Source: Octopus vulgaris (lineage: Eukaryota). Taken from it: a stretch of DNA of 64,000 nt. Each line of letters opens with the position of its first letter. Within the stretch, counting starts at the first letter, position 1. A program made the translations under genes and the position numbers. Positions 38,614-52,763 of the stretch are shown in pieces. Under the pieces are notes generated by a model. That model ran no database searches, had not been told where the DNA came from, and saw only the letters and a program-made list of their open reading frames with translations. Where the stretch lies: contig OX597826.1 of assembly GCA_951406725.2 (NCBI GenBank), positions 9,734,001-9,798,000 of the forward strand, given 5' to 3'.

Positions 38614-40876
38614 GTAAATTTGTTTACTTTTTATAACTCTTTAACATTTTGGGAACATGTATACCCAAGGGTGATGACATATTGCAGTGTGTGGAACCAA
38701 ATTTGGTTATTGAAACTATGTAATGAAATTCGGAAAATTTGATTGTGTTTTTAAGCTTGTGGATGGAGAGAGAATGCAAATATTAATATATTGGCCAAAT
38801 CTCATTTTTTGAGAAGAGTTGGCCAATATTTCAAGGAAATTCCTCAGCAGAAAACGGTTGGGAACCACTGGTCTGGAACAAGGGTGGTCGTTTTTGTACC
38901 TCAAGCAAAAAACAAATGCAGCAGAACTTCATCTATCATCATCATCATCATCATCATCGTTTATCTATGAAAAAAGATAATGTATCTTTAATATTCTGGT
39001 TTCTCTAGCAGACTCACAAGAGGATTTTGAACTTCAGCTTCCCCCCATTTAATGAAACAAGTAAACAATTAATTATGCAACGCCTTTGCTACAAATGGCA
39101 ATAAGTTATATTTACTGCTAGGTGGACCTAGCCAACAAGAGTTAAATGTCTTAACTATAGAAATAGAACAGCGCCAATGTTGAGATATTACCAAAAAAAA
39201 AAAAAACCTTGACCTTTCAGTAGGTGGGGTGATCTTTCAGTAGATGCGCCATCACTCTATCAGATTGATCAACTTGTGACACACCCTGCCCACAAAAACC
39301 TTAACAAAAAAATACACCTAATATTTAGAGTAATTTACCTAAATTTTAGAATCATCCACCAGAGACAAGATATTTACATAAACAACTCTTTTTTTCTTTA
39401 TATTTATATATAGTTTTTCTTCTTGTTTATTTCTTTTTTTTATGTGCCCTAGCACTTAACTTTGTTTTTGCCACCACTATGCTTTTTTTTTCTTTTCCTT
39501 TCTTTTTTTTTTTTTTTGTTGTCTGTCACCAGCAGGTTCTATTCTTTATTGTGAAATGGTTAGGAGTATAGCAGACAAGAAGCTGTGTGCTAATTTACTG
39601 ATTTGCAAAAATTATCCCACTGAAACTAGCTTTTCGCAAAAAAAAAAATAGGTGTAAGATAGTATTTTTTTTTTCTGTTTTATCTTTCACTTGTTTCAGT
39701 CATTAGACTGCAGCCATGCTGGAGCACCACCTTGAATTTTTAGTTAAACAAATCAACTCCAGTACTTATTCCATTATTTCAAGCCTGGTACTCATTCTAT
39801 CAGTATCTTTTGCCAAACTGCTGAGTTACGGGGACATAAACATACCAACACTGGTTGTCAAGTGGTGGTGAAGGTGACAAAGACACACACATATATAAAA
39901 GAATTGTTCTTGTTTGCCCCCTCACCCCCACCCATCTAAGTCAGCCCTAATCAAGCTGTCATCTTTTATTTAGATTTAGACACAGTGGACCAAGGACTAC
40001 ATTACTCAATGTGTCCTTTTTTTAAAAAAAAAACAAGACTAGCTGGATATGATTTGAGGGAGATTTGGCTGCTATATGTAGAGAGATGAGCAACTGCATA
40101 CAGAATTTTTCATTAACTCATGGAAGTTACTATTGACCATTTGGAAGCATTTAAGTTTGGAAACAAGAAGGAAATGTTTTTATCATCATCATTCCTTTTC
40201 CTCTACATTCTTTCCTTTTATTCTCCTCTTTCTATTTCCTTCACTCTCCTTAAGCCCAACTTACTCTTCTTTCCTAGTCTCTCTCTCTCTCCATTCTCTT
40301 CCACCATATATATATATATATATATTCATCAATTTAGGGCCACTTTTTTTTTCCATGCTGACATGAGTTAGATGGGTCCTGACAATATCTTGACACTCAC
40401 CACCATCCTTTTCAATCTTGCACACATCTTTTATCTCTTACTTGTTTCAGTCACTGGACTGTGGCCATGCTGGGGCACTACTGTAAAGGGTTTAGCCAAA
40501 CAAGTCAACTTTGGTGCTTGTTTTTATGACTGGTACTTTTTGTCTTGGTCTTTACCAAACTGCTAGGTTACAAGGATGTAAACGAACTAACATATATATA
40601 TATATATATATATCATATTTGAAACATAATGAAAATGTTAAATGAGCAAACAGAAAAAATAGAGTGTACCGTTAAAGTTGAGGGTTGAACAGACAGAACA
40701 CAACAAAGAGAAAAAGTTAGATGAAAGCAGAGCAAACGGGGAAACTAGATGGAAATTTAACAGACCAGGAATATAGACAAAGATATGATACACGGAATAT
40801 TCACAGCTGAGTTTTCCTCGTCAGTAAATGAACCTAAATATCATCATGGTTTCTTTGCACCATTATCATTGATATA

Positions 40877-41273
40877 TCTTTATATATAAAAGTGAGGTTG
40901 TGTGCTGTCTGTCTTCTACGATTTAGATTCCTAACTACTCCCACATTTTGCGGTGCAGTTTAACCAAAACCGGGTATCTTATAGTCGTGATTCATATCGA
41001 GCCCTTCTGGGTATTAGCACGCGTCTACGATGAGTCTACGATTTAAAATAAAATTTACCATCATTTTTTCCCATTTTTAATGCATTTTTTGCTATTATAT
41101 AAGGGAAGTAACTCTCTAAAAATGTATTATTAAATCTCAGAACGTAAAAAGCTACAGTAACACCCCCCTTTGTGGTTAACCATATTGAGATGGCTATTAT
41201 ACTTTATATCTCTAAAAATGCTTCTATAGTTATTTCCCTTACAAACCCGAGCAACGCCGGGCGATACTGCTAG
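40877..41273 (+). mobile_element. Non-autonomous Helitron
   Basis: A|TC...cccgagcaacgccgggcgatactgCTAG|T. The same 5' end recurs at 63923-64000. Confidence 0.75.
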
Positions 41274-41379
41274 TATATATATATATAATTCTAATAATTC
41301 TATTTATATCTATGTCACACTGTCTTTCTCTTATCTGTGCTTCATTCTTGATTTCTCTCTCCATCATGTGTGTGTATAA

Positions 41380-41410
<31 letters not shown>

Positions 41411-41511
41411 CTATACAAACACACATACTTGTGTATGTATTCTTTTCTCTTTATTTCTCTCCCCCCCCCCCCATCTACCTTTCATTCCCTTTGCCCATAA
41501 TTTTACTTCTA

Positions 41512-41740
41512 AGGCGGCGAGCTGGCAGAAACATTAGCACACCGGGCTGCTTTGCGGAATTTCCTCTAACATTATGTTCTGAGTTCAAATTCCGCTGCGG
41601 TCGACTTTGCCTTTCATCCTTTCGGGGTCGATAAAATAAGTACCAGTTGTGCACTGGGGTCGATGTAATCGACTCAATTCCTTCGTCTGTCCTTGTTTGT
41701 CCCCTCTATTTTTAGCCCCTTGTGGGCAGTAAAGAATAAA
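41512..41740 (+). mobile_element. Second tRNA-derived SINE family; representative copy
   Basis: ggcggcgagctggcagaa...gttcaaattcc (B box)...gcctttcatcctttcggggtcgataaa. Copies lie at about 45009-45245, 55191-55589(-), 60090-60325(-), 7570-7765 and 38185-38405. Confidence 0.85.
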
Positions 41741-42339
41741 ATTTTACTTCGAAAATCACATTCCATCTCCTGCTCTCAGTTTTGTCCGCCTCCCTCTGTC
41801 TCTTAAACCCCTTCATCTCTCTCTCTCTCTCTCTCTCTCTCTTTCACACACACGCACACACACACAAGCGTGCGCTCATGGGTCAGTTCAAATTCATAGC
41901 TGTTAAATAAACTATATAAATAAAATATCCCTTGTTCTTTCTAGCAAGGGTTTTCAACTTGCGGCAGGCTTCTGCCCATAATCTAAATAAGCTTGCATTG
42001 CACAAGACATGCATCTGTACTAGTGGCCTACATGCTCTAGTATTATTGTACATAAATATCCCAAAATGTGACAAATCAAAAACATACTAAAAAGGAAGAA
42101 AATGAGCATGAAAAATAAACAACAAAAAAAAAGTGGGGGGGGAAACTGAAAAATATAAGTCAGTGTTATATAAAATCGATAGTCCATGGTTTTTCTGAAG
42201 AAAATCATCTTAAGATGAGGAAGCCATATTTTAAAATGTGAGGGTGCGGATGATGTGAACGCATACACATACAGGCTGATGCATCGGCATATGTGCATAG
42301 ATGTGCACACGTACTGTCGCATTCAAATACATAGGACAC

Positions 42340-42517
42340 ACATGTACAGACAACACATGCATATGTGTGTATATATATGTTTTTATATATAAATATATAT
42401 ACATATATATGTATGTATATATGTATATATATGTATGCATATGTGTATATATATATGCTTTTATATATATATATATATATATATACATATGCATGCATGC
42501 ATACATACATATATATA

Positions 42518-42560
<43 letters not shown>

Positions 42561-42792
42561 ATATATGTGTATATATATATGTGTGTGTATGTATAAATAC
42601 ATATGTGTGTGTATGTATATATAATATATATATATATATATATACACATACATACATATACATACATACATACATACATACAGACAGACAGACAGACAGA
42701 CAGACAGAGAAAAGAGAGAGAGAGAGCGGGATGAATAACATACATGGATAAACAGTATGCATATATACAAACATACACACACATGTGTATGC

Positions 42793-42846
<54 letters not shown>

Positions 42847-42900
42847 ATGCATATACATATATATGAATGTGCACACATGAAGGTGCATATGCACACACAA
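42340..42900. repeat. Compound microsatellite block (TA, TG, CATA, CAGA, GA)
   Basis: Read directly from the sequence; it accounts for the long low-complexity ORFs here. Confidence 0.95.
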
Positions 42901-44835
42901 CTCAAACACGCATACACAGTGACAAATTTATTGAGTGCAATGAAAGGCACTTCAGACTGATAGAAGCTGTTCTTTTTCTTTTTGTTTTGTTTTCTTCTTC
43001 TTCTTTTTTTCTTTTTTTCTTCTTCTTTTTTTCTTCTCATTTTTACAAGAAGAAAAAAATAGCAAAAGTCATCTTCTAACAACCTACATTACTGTTTTGA
43101 ATTTTTGAATTTCAATAAGTATAAATGGAGTTTACAAGAGTAAAGTGATTGAGATGGTGGAAGGATGGGAAGAGAGCAAAAAAATATGCGTGTGTGTGTG
43201 TACATGCACACACACACACATATATGCATACGTATACAATTATCTGTATACATACACACTTATTTATAAATATATATGTTATGTATGTATAGTTTTTTTT
43301 TTATTCATTTATTCAGATAAATGAATAAACTGTACTACACAAACTAAGTTCTTTTTTCTGCCATCTATAAATTTCAAATGCTTCTCTGGCTGTGCATGTG
43401 TGTGTGTGTGTGTGTGTGTGCATGTGTGTGTGTGTGTGTTTTCATTTATTCAAATAAATACATAAACTCTACTGCATATATTAAGCATTTTTTCTTGGCC
43501 ATTTGTAAAATTCAAACTCTTGTGTGTGTGTGTGTGTGTGTGTTGTGTGTGTGTGTGTGTTTGTGTGTGTTTGTGTGTGTGTGTGTGTTTTACCCTGAGC
43601 ATAGAATTCTGTGTCAAGCAGCTACATGTGCGCACAAATATATACCCATACAATGCCTTCATCAGCAGGAGAACAAAGAGAAAATCTGTTTGAAAATGAC
43701 AGTGTATATAGCAAAAGTTATGGTAGACCACTGCAATGTCATGATTTTCAAATAGATTCTCTTTGATTCGAGAACTTCAGAGTGAAGAGTGCTTGACCAT
43801 TCAAATTTAACATCATAATCAAAATATAAACAAGGGCTATCAGCTTGTGGGTGTGTGGGGGGGGTATGTGTTTATGATGCTCGAAACACTTCAGAAATGA
43901 ATCAAGGGCCTTCAGTTCTTTGTATATCACTTGTCAAATGAGTTATATGTATTCTACATGTATTTTGAGGTCCTTTTTCCCACTGGTTGAAAAAATTATA
44001 CTTTTATGTAGTTTGTGGCTGTGTGTTTAAGGAGTTTACCTCCCAACCACTACGTTTCAGGTTCAGTCCCACTTTGCAAGTGTCTACTATTATAGCACCA
44101 GGTCATCCGACAGGCTTCTCTTATCCTTTTACTTGTTTCAGTGCTCGTAGGGTGCTAATCCGAGCGTGATCGTTGCCAGAGCAACCAACTGGCTTCCGTA
44201 CCCGTAAAAGGGCACCGTTCGAGCGTGATCGTTACTAATGTCGCTTCACTGGCACCTGTGCCGGTGGCACGTGTAAAAAGATTCAAGCGAGGTCGTTGCC
44301 AGTACCGCCTGACTGGCCCCATGCGCGTAAAAATCACCCATTACACTCTCGGAGTGGTTGGTATTAGGAAGGGCATCCAGCTGTAGAAACTCTGCCAGAT
44401 CAAGATTGGAGCCTGGTGCGGCCATCTGGTTCGCCAGCCCTCAGTCAAAATCGTCCAACCCATGCTAGCATGGAAAGTGGACGTTAAACGATGATGATGA
44501 TGAGGATTGAACTGGAACCATACAGGGTCACTGTCTTCAACAAATCGATCCCAGTACTTATTTGTTGAACAAATTGATCTCTGGTACTTTTTCTTTTTTT
44601 TTTCTTTTTTACTTGTTTCAGTCATTTGATTGTGGCCATGCTGGAGTAGCACCTTATAGGGTTTTAGTCACAGAAATCAACCCCAGGACTTATTCTTTGT
44701 AAGCCTAGTACTTAATTCTATCGGTTTCTTTTGCCAAACTGCTAAGTTACAGGGTCATAAACACGCCAACTGTAGTTGTCGGACGATGGTGGTGGGAGGC
44801 AAACACAGACACAAAGACGCACAGATAAATATATA

Positions 44836-44905
<70 letters not shown>

Positions 44906-46394
44906 GCTTCTTTCAGACTCCATCTACCAAATCCACTCACAAGGCTTTGGTTGACTCGATTGGTGTCTTTTGCAAAATTGATAAGTTTATAGAAACATAA
45001 ACAAAATAAAGGTAGCGAGTTGGCAGGAACGTTAATGTGACGGGCGAAATGCTTAGCGGCATTTCGTCTGCCGTTACGTTCTGAGTTCAAATTCCACCGA
45101 GGTCGACTTTGCCTTTCATCCTTTTGGGGTTGATAAATTAATTACCAGTTATGCACTGGGAACGATGTAATCGACTTAATCCCTTTTGTCTGTCCTTGTT
45201 TGTCCCTTCTATGTATAGCCCCTTTTGGGCAGTAAAGAAATAAGAAACATAAACAAACCAACACTAGTTGTCAAGCTGTTGGCAGAGACAAACAGAGGCA
45301 TGAATACTCATACACACACACACACACGTCTACTAAATCTGCCTTGTAAACAGATTTGATAGATAGAATCTGAAAGAAGTTCATCATGTGTGTGTGTTCT
45401 TGACATGACATTACATGTGAGTTGTAAATGAGTGTCACTGTCGTACAAGCAGTGTTGTTCACTTCAAAGATTTTGCAAAAAACATGTCCATCTGTGGGGA
45501 AATTTTTATCTTGTCCAGAAACAGGTGAGGGTTAACAACAAGAAGGGCATAAACTCCACTCAGCCTATACAATCATGGTTGCCAAGCAATTGGTAGACAC
45601 ACACATGCACAATGAGCTTCCATACAGCTCCTGTCTACAAAATTCACTCAAATTGTTTTGAGCGGCCTGAGGCCCTGGTTGAAAATCGTAACTCAAGGTG
45701 GCCATGCTGTAGGACTGAACCCAAAACCATGTTGGCTGCAGAGCGATATTCGTAACCACACAACCATGCCTGCTCCTGACCATGACATGTAGTTTCTGTC
45801 TATACAGTTTCCATTTATAAGGTGCAGATCAACCCAAGTCTCTGACAGTAAACATAGATGCTGCCAAGAGCAACCAAACCTAGAATCATGTTTTTTGCAA
45901 ATTACTTTGCTACGCAGCCAGTTTCTCACATACGTGAATGTGTGTGTGCACGCACTCGTAATTGTATATATGTAGGTGCAGGAGTGGCTGTGTGGTAAGT
46001 AGCTTGTTTACCGACCACATGGTTCTGGGTTCAGTCCCACTGTGTGGCACCTTGGGCAAGTGTCTTCTACTATAGCCTCAGGCCGACCAAAGCCTTGTGA
46101 GTGGATTTGGTAGACAGAAACTGAAAGAAGCCTGTCGTGTATATGTATATATATATGTATGTATGTGTTTGTGTGTCTGTGTTTGTCTCCCTAGCATTGC
46201 TTGACAACCGATGCTGGTGTATTTATGTCCCCGTTACTTAGCGGTTTGGCAAAAGAGACCGATAGAATAAGTACTGGGCTTATAAAAGAATAAGTCCCGG
46301 GGTCGAGTTGCTCGATTAAAGGCGGTGCTCCAGCATGGCCGCAGTCAAATGACTGAAACAAGTAAAAGAGTATATGTGTGTGTATATATATAAA

Positions 46395-46785
46395 GTGGAG
46401 GGGAGTTGTGGAAATGGGAGGCCCTGGAAGACATGGGATGAAGTATTGAAGGCCAGTCTCAAAATGCTGGTCCTTATGAAAGAGATGACTGAGTCCTGAG
46501 ATATGTGGAGCATTGCTGTCCTCAAGAAGACACATCCACCACAACAGAATTGAATTCCTTAAACCAAGGTGTCACGTAAAAAATGCATTAGTGTGGGTGC
46601 TGGTGCCATGTCAAAAAAAGCAGCCAGTGCACCCTGTACAGTGGTTGGTGCTAGGAAGGGCATCCGGCTGTAGAAACCGAGCTAAAACAGAATAGGGAAC
46701 CTGGTATGGTCCTTGATCTTACCAATTCTTGTCAAGTCATCCAGCATGGGAAACCAATATTAAATGATGATGATGATGATGATGT
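46395..46785 (+). mobile_element. RTE-clade LINE 3' end
   Basis: GRPWKTWDEV ORF remnant, followed by ggaagggcatccggctgtagaaac and a (GAT)n tail. Confidence 0.75.
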
Positions 46786-48052
46786 ATATATATATATATA
46801 AACCATATACACATATAAACCATACACAGTCAGCAGGTTTGAGAGATGAACCTTCATCATCATCATCTAACATCCGTTGTTCATGCTGGCATGGGTTGGA
46901 TGGTTCAAACAGGGCTGGTAAACTGAGGGGGTTGCACCAGACTCCAGTCTGATTTGGCACAGTTTCTATGGCTGGATGAATAAATATATTTAACCACTCG
47001 ACATCCTTAGGATTGCAGATGTACAATTTATATGTAGGATTTATATGTACATATATATATATATAGTATGTATGTGTGTGTGTGTGTATATGTATGTATA
47101 TATACTCACATGTATGTATGTATGTGTGTGTTTAAACAGTTTGGTGTGGACAGGAAGGAGAAAAGACAGAACACATTTTTTATTATATTATCTGTTATTG
47201 TGTTTTATTGAAGACAGAAGCTTCATTTGTCAAGTTTTGGGTTCCACGAGAGAGAGAGGGTGAGACGAGGGTGGAGAGAGGGTGAGATGAGGGTGAGACG
47301 GAGCAAATTGGTGATTGTTTTTGTTTTGTTTTTTTTGTTCTTTTGTGATGAAGAGGAAATTGCATAGTTTTATTTTTGTCATGTCATATTTCAGACTGTT
47401 TATAGACAAATAGGTACGGCTTCTAAGTTTGTTTTTTTGTTTTGTTTCGTTTTTTTATCATTTTATCTCTGGCCTTATCAACTTTTGTATGTCTGTATGT
47501 ATATCTGGGGGGGGGGGGGGGTATGAGAGGGAGAGAGAGACTGTGTGTGTGTGTGTGCAGCACAGCACAAGTAAGAACATCTATTAAATTTATTTCATAT
47601 TCCAGTCTTATGTACATGGTAGACTTGTAAGAGAGACTTTTTGTGTCTGAGTCTATTCATCCACATCTGTGTATACTTGCATATATTTCTGTATGTATTT
47701 ATGTACGTACAATTGTGTGTGTGTATTCATATTTAGATGTGTGTGGTGTGTGTAAGAATGGAAAAATGTAAGACTGCCTACAGGAATTGAAACTCATCTG
47801 CTATAAACATGACCCTGCTGACCATATGTGTGTGTGCTTAATTCTAGACGAAAGAGAACTCCGTGTGTAGAGATTATTGAACATACAATTACTCTGAGTA
47901 GCTGACTAGTTTCACTCCAGTAGGGATGAGTACATACGTACATAAATATATACATATCAAAAATAAGGGTGAAAAATAGGATATTAATTTAATGATACCA
48001 TCAATTTAACACCAAGTGGCTTAGCGCATAAAAACCAGGGATACAATAAAAT

Positions 48053-48208
48053 TTTATACACAAATATAAGAGAGTGACCACTATATGGTCGACTCTTGCG
48101 TTAAAAATAGATCCACTATGGTATTAGCCACTAATACCACTGGTATTAGTCACTATTTAGCGCAAGAGTCGACCATACAGTGGTCACTCTCTTATATTTG
48201 TGTATAAA
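48053..48208. repeat. Inverted repeat (about 50-bp arms)
   Basis: tttatacacaaatataagagagtgaccact...cttgcg and cgcaagagtcgacc...agtggtcactctcttatatttgtgtataaa. Confidence 0.9.
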
Positions 48209-48578
48209 TATATACATAGATATATACATGCCTACACGCACACATACATACATATGTACTATGTACTACATACATACATTGCATGTGTGCATAAGAAGTT
48301 CATCTCCCAATCCTGAAGCTACAAGTTCAATCCCACTACATGGCATCAAGGGCACGTATCTTTTACTACATCTCCAAGTCAATCCAAACTTTGTGAATGA
48401 ATTTGAGTAGAGGGGAAACTGTGTAAGCCTTTCTTGGAGTGTCAAGCTTTGTCGCATATCATCATGCCAATTCAGGATCGGTTAATTGAATAACCAAAAT
48501 GCTTATTGTTGGAACTGATGGAGGTTCCTTCATCACTCACACACTCACATATATCATTACTTTTATCTCCGTGTATAA

Positions 48579-48947
48579 TCTCTCTATATATAAACGGCAA
48601 AATGTCTGTCTGTGTGTGTGTGTCCTTTATACAAATCCACAATTTTTCAGTTAGAGGGCTCGCACTTTCTATGGTCATTCAAAACCGTCCAAGGGTGGTC
48701 GTGCACATCTTTACATTTCCCCAGTCACCCTGCAAAGCTATTAAAAAATCAATAGAAGTGACTTTTTTGCGAATTTTCTATCCAAATCGCAATCAAAATG
48801 CCGAAACTTGATACGCCAATTGAATGCCAGCTAGCTGTATGTGATTGGTCGGAGGTTTGAACAGTACTCGCGTGTATGTGCTCACGCACGCAATTGTATA
48901 AGCATGCACTAGCACTATGACCCGGTGTTGCCGGGTCATAGTGCTAG
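48579..48947 (+). mobile_element. Non-autonomous Helitron with long terminal palindrome
   Basis: A|TC start; ends actagcactatgacccgg-tgttg-ccgggtcatagtgctag|t. Other copies lie at 34399-34751 (-) and about 57320-57660 (+, 3'-truncated). Confidence 0.75.
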
Positions 48948-49314
48948 TCTCTAATACTTGTTTTTATTATCTCTCAACCTGCATATTGGTTTTATCTAGT
49001 CCTCAACAGGGACACAGACATTGATTGTCATATGTTTAGCCCTATTGATGGATACTAACTTGCCCAAGACTACCCCTAGTTCTATTACTCTTTTTTACTT
49101 GTTTCAATCATTTGACTGTGGCCATGCTGGAGCACCGCCTTTAGTCGAGCAAATTGACCCCAGGACTTATTCTTTGTAAACCTAGTACTTATTCTATTGG
49201 TCTCTTTTGCCGAGCTGCTAAGTTAAGGGGACGTAAACACACCAACATCGGTTGTCAAGCGATGTTGGGGTGACAAACACAGACACACAAACATACACAT
49301 ACATACATACATAC

Positions 49315-49347
<33 letters not shown>

Positions 49348-49755
49348 TAAAAATATTTAAAATTTAATAAGGGTAGAAATTGATATTAATCAATTAAAAC
49401 CAGTGGCCTAGCATATTTAAAAAGATCCAGAGATTCAAATATTTTTACATACAAAATTTAAAGGACTGACCACTAAAAATAGCGATTTTGGCGTCTATAT
49501 CTAGCATGTTGACCGTCCACTTTTAGTGATCAGTCCTTTAAATTTTGTATATATATATATATATAAATATATACATATATACGACAGGCTTCTTTCAGTT
49601 TCTGTCTACCAAATCCTCTCACAAGTCTTTGGTCAGCCCGAGACTATAATAGAAGACACTTGCCCAAGGTGCTATACAGTGGGAATGAACCTGGAACCAT
49701 GTGGTTGGTAAGCAAGCTACTTACCACACAGCCACTCCTGCGCCTATAATGTGTG

Positions 49756-49830
49756 ATGCTTACAGCACCCAGGTTTCCCAAGCGGTCACCCATCTAAGTA
49801 CTAACTAGGCTCAACGTTATATAAGCTTCA
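49756..49830 (-). pseudogene. 5S rRNA pseudogene fragment (3' part)
   Basis: The minus strand reads gaagctt...gagcctagttagtacttagatgggtgaccgcttgggaaacctgggtgctgtaagc, matching the conserved metazoan 5S box C and 3' region. The 5' part is missing. Confidence 0.85.
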
Positions 49831-50696
49831 TGTTTTAAAGTGGACCAAATTAAAACCCTCCTTCCAAATATCCTGTTAATTTATGTTGCAAAAACCAGCT
49901 TAATAAATGCAAAGTCATTTTAACTAAACTTTTCATTATTTTCAATATTAATTGAAACAAAAGCATTACATTTCAAAAGAAATTTGGTAACAAAAACCTT
50001 TTATAATCATGTGTTTCCTTATTCAAATTTACTGCATGACAACTTGAGCAAATATCTTGTGCAGTTTATTCCAGGCTTTGTAGACACCACTTATGCAGAT
50101 GCTCATTAAATGGGTTGTATTTATTCTTGTATGGCAGAATTAAACTGTTGACTAGTATAGCATACTATCTGGCACTTAGTGGATTCCACTTTTTGCAAAC
50201 ATTCAGAACAGATATTCAGTCTAAGGTTAAATTATGAAGTATAGTATCATAGTTCTTTTACTCTACCAGGACTTGAAGCTCTGCACAAGGGCTTGTTGTA
50301 TTTCATCTCTGACTAAATTTTTTTTTTTTTTTTTTGGTAAACTAATAAACTACATGTTTTCTCTCCCACCCTTCTTGTCTCTACCCTCTTCCATTTCTTA
50401 CATCTAGCTGCTCAGCAACTACCCCCGTTATCACTGCTAATTTCTTTCCTCTCACCATCATTACTACTGCCATTAATCTCCATTTTGCTGTCAGTACCCT
50501 CACCACTAAGCTTTCCTCTCTTCTAGTGACATAACTGTGTGGTTAAAAAGCTTGCTTTGCAACTACATGGGTTTGTGTTCAATCCCATTGTGTGGCATCT
50601 TAGGCAAGTGCCTTTTACTATTGCCTCATGCTGACCAATGCCTTGTGTGGGAATACGATAGATAGAATATATGAGGGAAACCATTATGTACTTCTG

Positions 50697-50755
<59 letters not shown>

Positions 50756-50862
50756 ATCACGTGGCCGACCAGATCATCAGATGTTGTTACACATCGCTGG
50801 TAACAATGCATTCGCATTGTTTTAGCCTTCAAATGACGCCACCCCACTGGCTAAGCGAACAG

Positions 50863-50894
<32 letters not shown>

Positions 50895-50897
<3 letters not shown>

Positions 50898-52445
50898 TCG
50901 TCATCATCATTTAGCATCCATTATCCATGCTGGAATGGGTTGGACAGTTTGACCAGGGCTGACAAGCTGATGGGCTACACCAAACCCTAGTCTGATTTGG
51001 CATGGTATCTACGACTGGGTGCCCTTCCTAACACCAACCACTCTGAGAGTGTAATGGATGCTTTTATATGTCACCAGTGTGGGTGTCAGTTTGCATGACA
51101 CCAATATCTGCCACAACTATGATTTCACTTCTTGGCTTGATCGGTCTTCTTCTCAAGCACATCATTTGCCATTGCCTCCATGAGGCCCAGCTCTCACAAG
51201 ATGCTTTTTACATACCAGTACAGGTGCTAGATATGCAACACCAGCATCGGCCACATTGCCTGTGCGAGGCCAAATGCTCAAAAGATGCTTTTAACATGCC
51301 AGATAACGACCACAGTTATGATTTCACCTGGCTTGACGGGTCTTCTCATGCACAGCATATTGCCAAAGGTCTCGGTCACTGGTCATTGCCTGCGTGAGAC
51401 CCAACATTTGAAGATCAGGCTTCACCACCTCATCTCGTGTCTTCCTGTGTCTCCCTCTTCCACAGCTTCCTTCCACTTGTAGAAATCAACACTTCTTCAC
51501 ACAACTGTCCACATCAATACACATCACATGACCATACCAATGCAGTCGTCTCTCTCTCTTAATGCCTCTTATGCCCAGCTTTTCTCTCAAGACACTCCCA
51601 CTTTGTCATACACTGACATTACACATCCAGTGAAGCATACTAACTTCAATTCTTTCAATCCTATGCATGTTCTCAGCAGTCACAGCCCATGTTTCAATGC
51701 CATGTAACATGGCTGTTCGCACACAAGCATCATACAATCTGCCTTTTACTCTGAGGGAGAGGCTCTTCATAACCAACAGAGGTAAGAGCTCTCTGAACTT
51801 TGCCCACCCTCTTCTTAATCTAGCAGCTATGCTCTCAGAGCATCCACCCCAACTGCTGACTTGGTCACCTAGGTAACAGAAGCTATCAACTACTTCTAGT
51901 TTTCCTCCCTGGCAGTTGATGAAATCTACTTTCTGAACATTTATAGTGTTTATTGTACCTGTGCACCTTCCACACACAAAAACTATTTTCCCTGTTAACC
52001 TTCCCCTGATATTGCTGCAACCTCTTATGTAGGTACATCTTAAGAATTTCTAAATATGCCTTTCCTACAAGCACAGCCATCTACCTGAGGGAATTTATGA
52101 TTTATCTGCTTTCCTACTTACTAAGACTTTGGATTTTTGCTAGGTTAACTCTAAGGCCCTTCAATTCTAGACCCTTGCTTTCAGACCTGAAATTTCTTTA
52201 GTTCTGGCAGTGATTCAGCTATAAGAACAAGGTCATCAGCATAGAGGAACTCCCAGGGGCAGCCTGTCTTGAATTCCTCTGGTATTGCCTGGAGGATTAT
52301 GATGAATGAGTGGGCTGAGGACTGATCCCTGGTGAACCCCTACTTCTACCCTGAATTCTCCACTCTACTCATTGCCAACCCTCACCTAACTGACAGCATC
52401 CCTGTACATGGCTTGTACAGCTCTCACCAACCAATCATCTATCCC
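50895..52445 (-). mobile_element. RTE-clade LINE, 5'-truncated, with decayed RT
   Basis: The minus strand encodes PWEFLYADDLVL (about 52222-52258, YADD motif) and LEVVDSFCYLGD...KGRLYDACVRTAMLHGIETW. The 3' UTR ends in (GAT)n near 50895. Confidence 0.9.
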
Positions 52446-52633
52446 TATATATATGTGTGTGTGTGTGTGTATATATTATATATATAGAGAGAGACAGACA
52501 GACAGACAGAGAGAAGGGAGGGAGAGATTTGCATCTGTGTTGTGATGTCTTTGTGTTTGTCACCCACCACTGCTTGACAACCAATATTTGGTTTGTTTAT
52601 ATCCCGTAACTTAGCAAAGATCAATAGAATAAG

Positions 52634-52763
52634 TACAGTAGGGCCTCATTTTACGAGACCCCGGATTTACAAGTTTTTACAAGTTTTATTTTCTGTTTAT
52701 GGGTTTTTGCTTTACAATCTTTCTCCAGGAATGAATTAACTCATACATCGAGGCATTACTCTA
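52634..52763. mobile_element. Possible Tigger-like MITE
   Basis: tacagtagggcctc...gaggcattactcta: imperfect TA|CAGT-type TIRs. Confidence 0.4.

Noticed and set aside
40795-40830. Minus-strand CTGACGAG motif in an element flanked by TA repeats
   Set aside because: No correctly placed GAAA or stem III could be found by eye.
42205-43082. Longest ORFs in the track (234 and 283 aa)
   Set aside because: They are translations of TA/TG/GA microsatellites.
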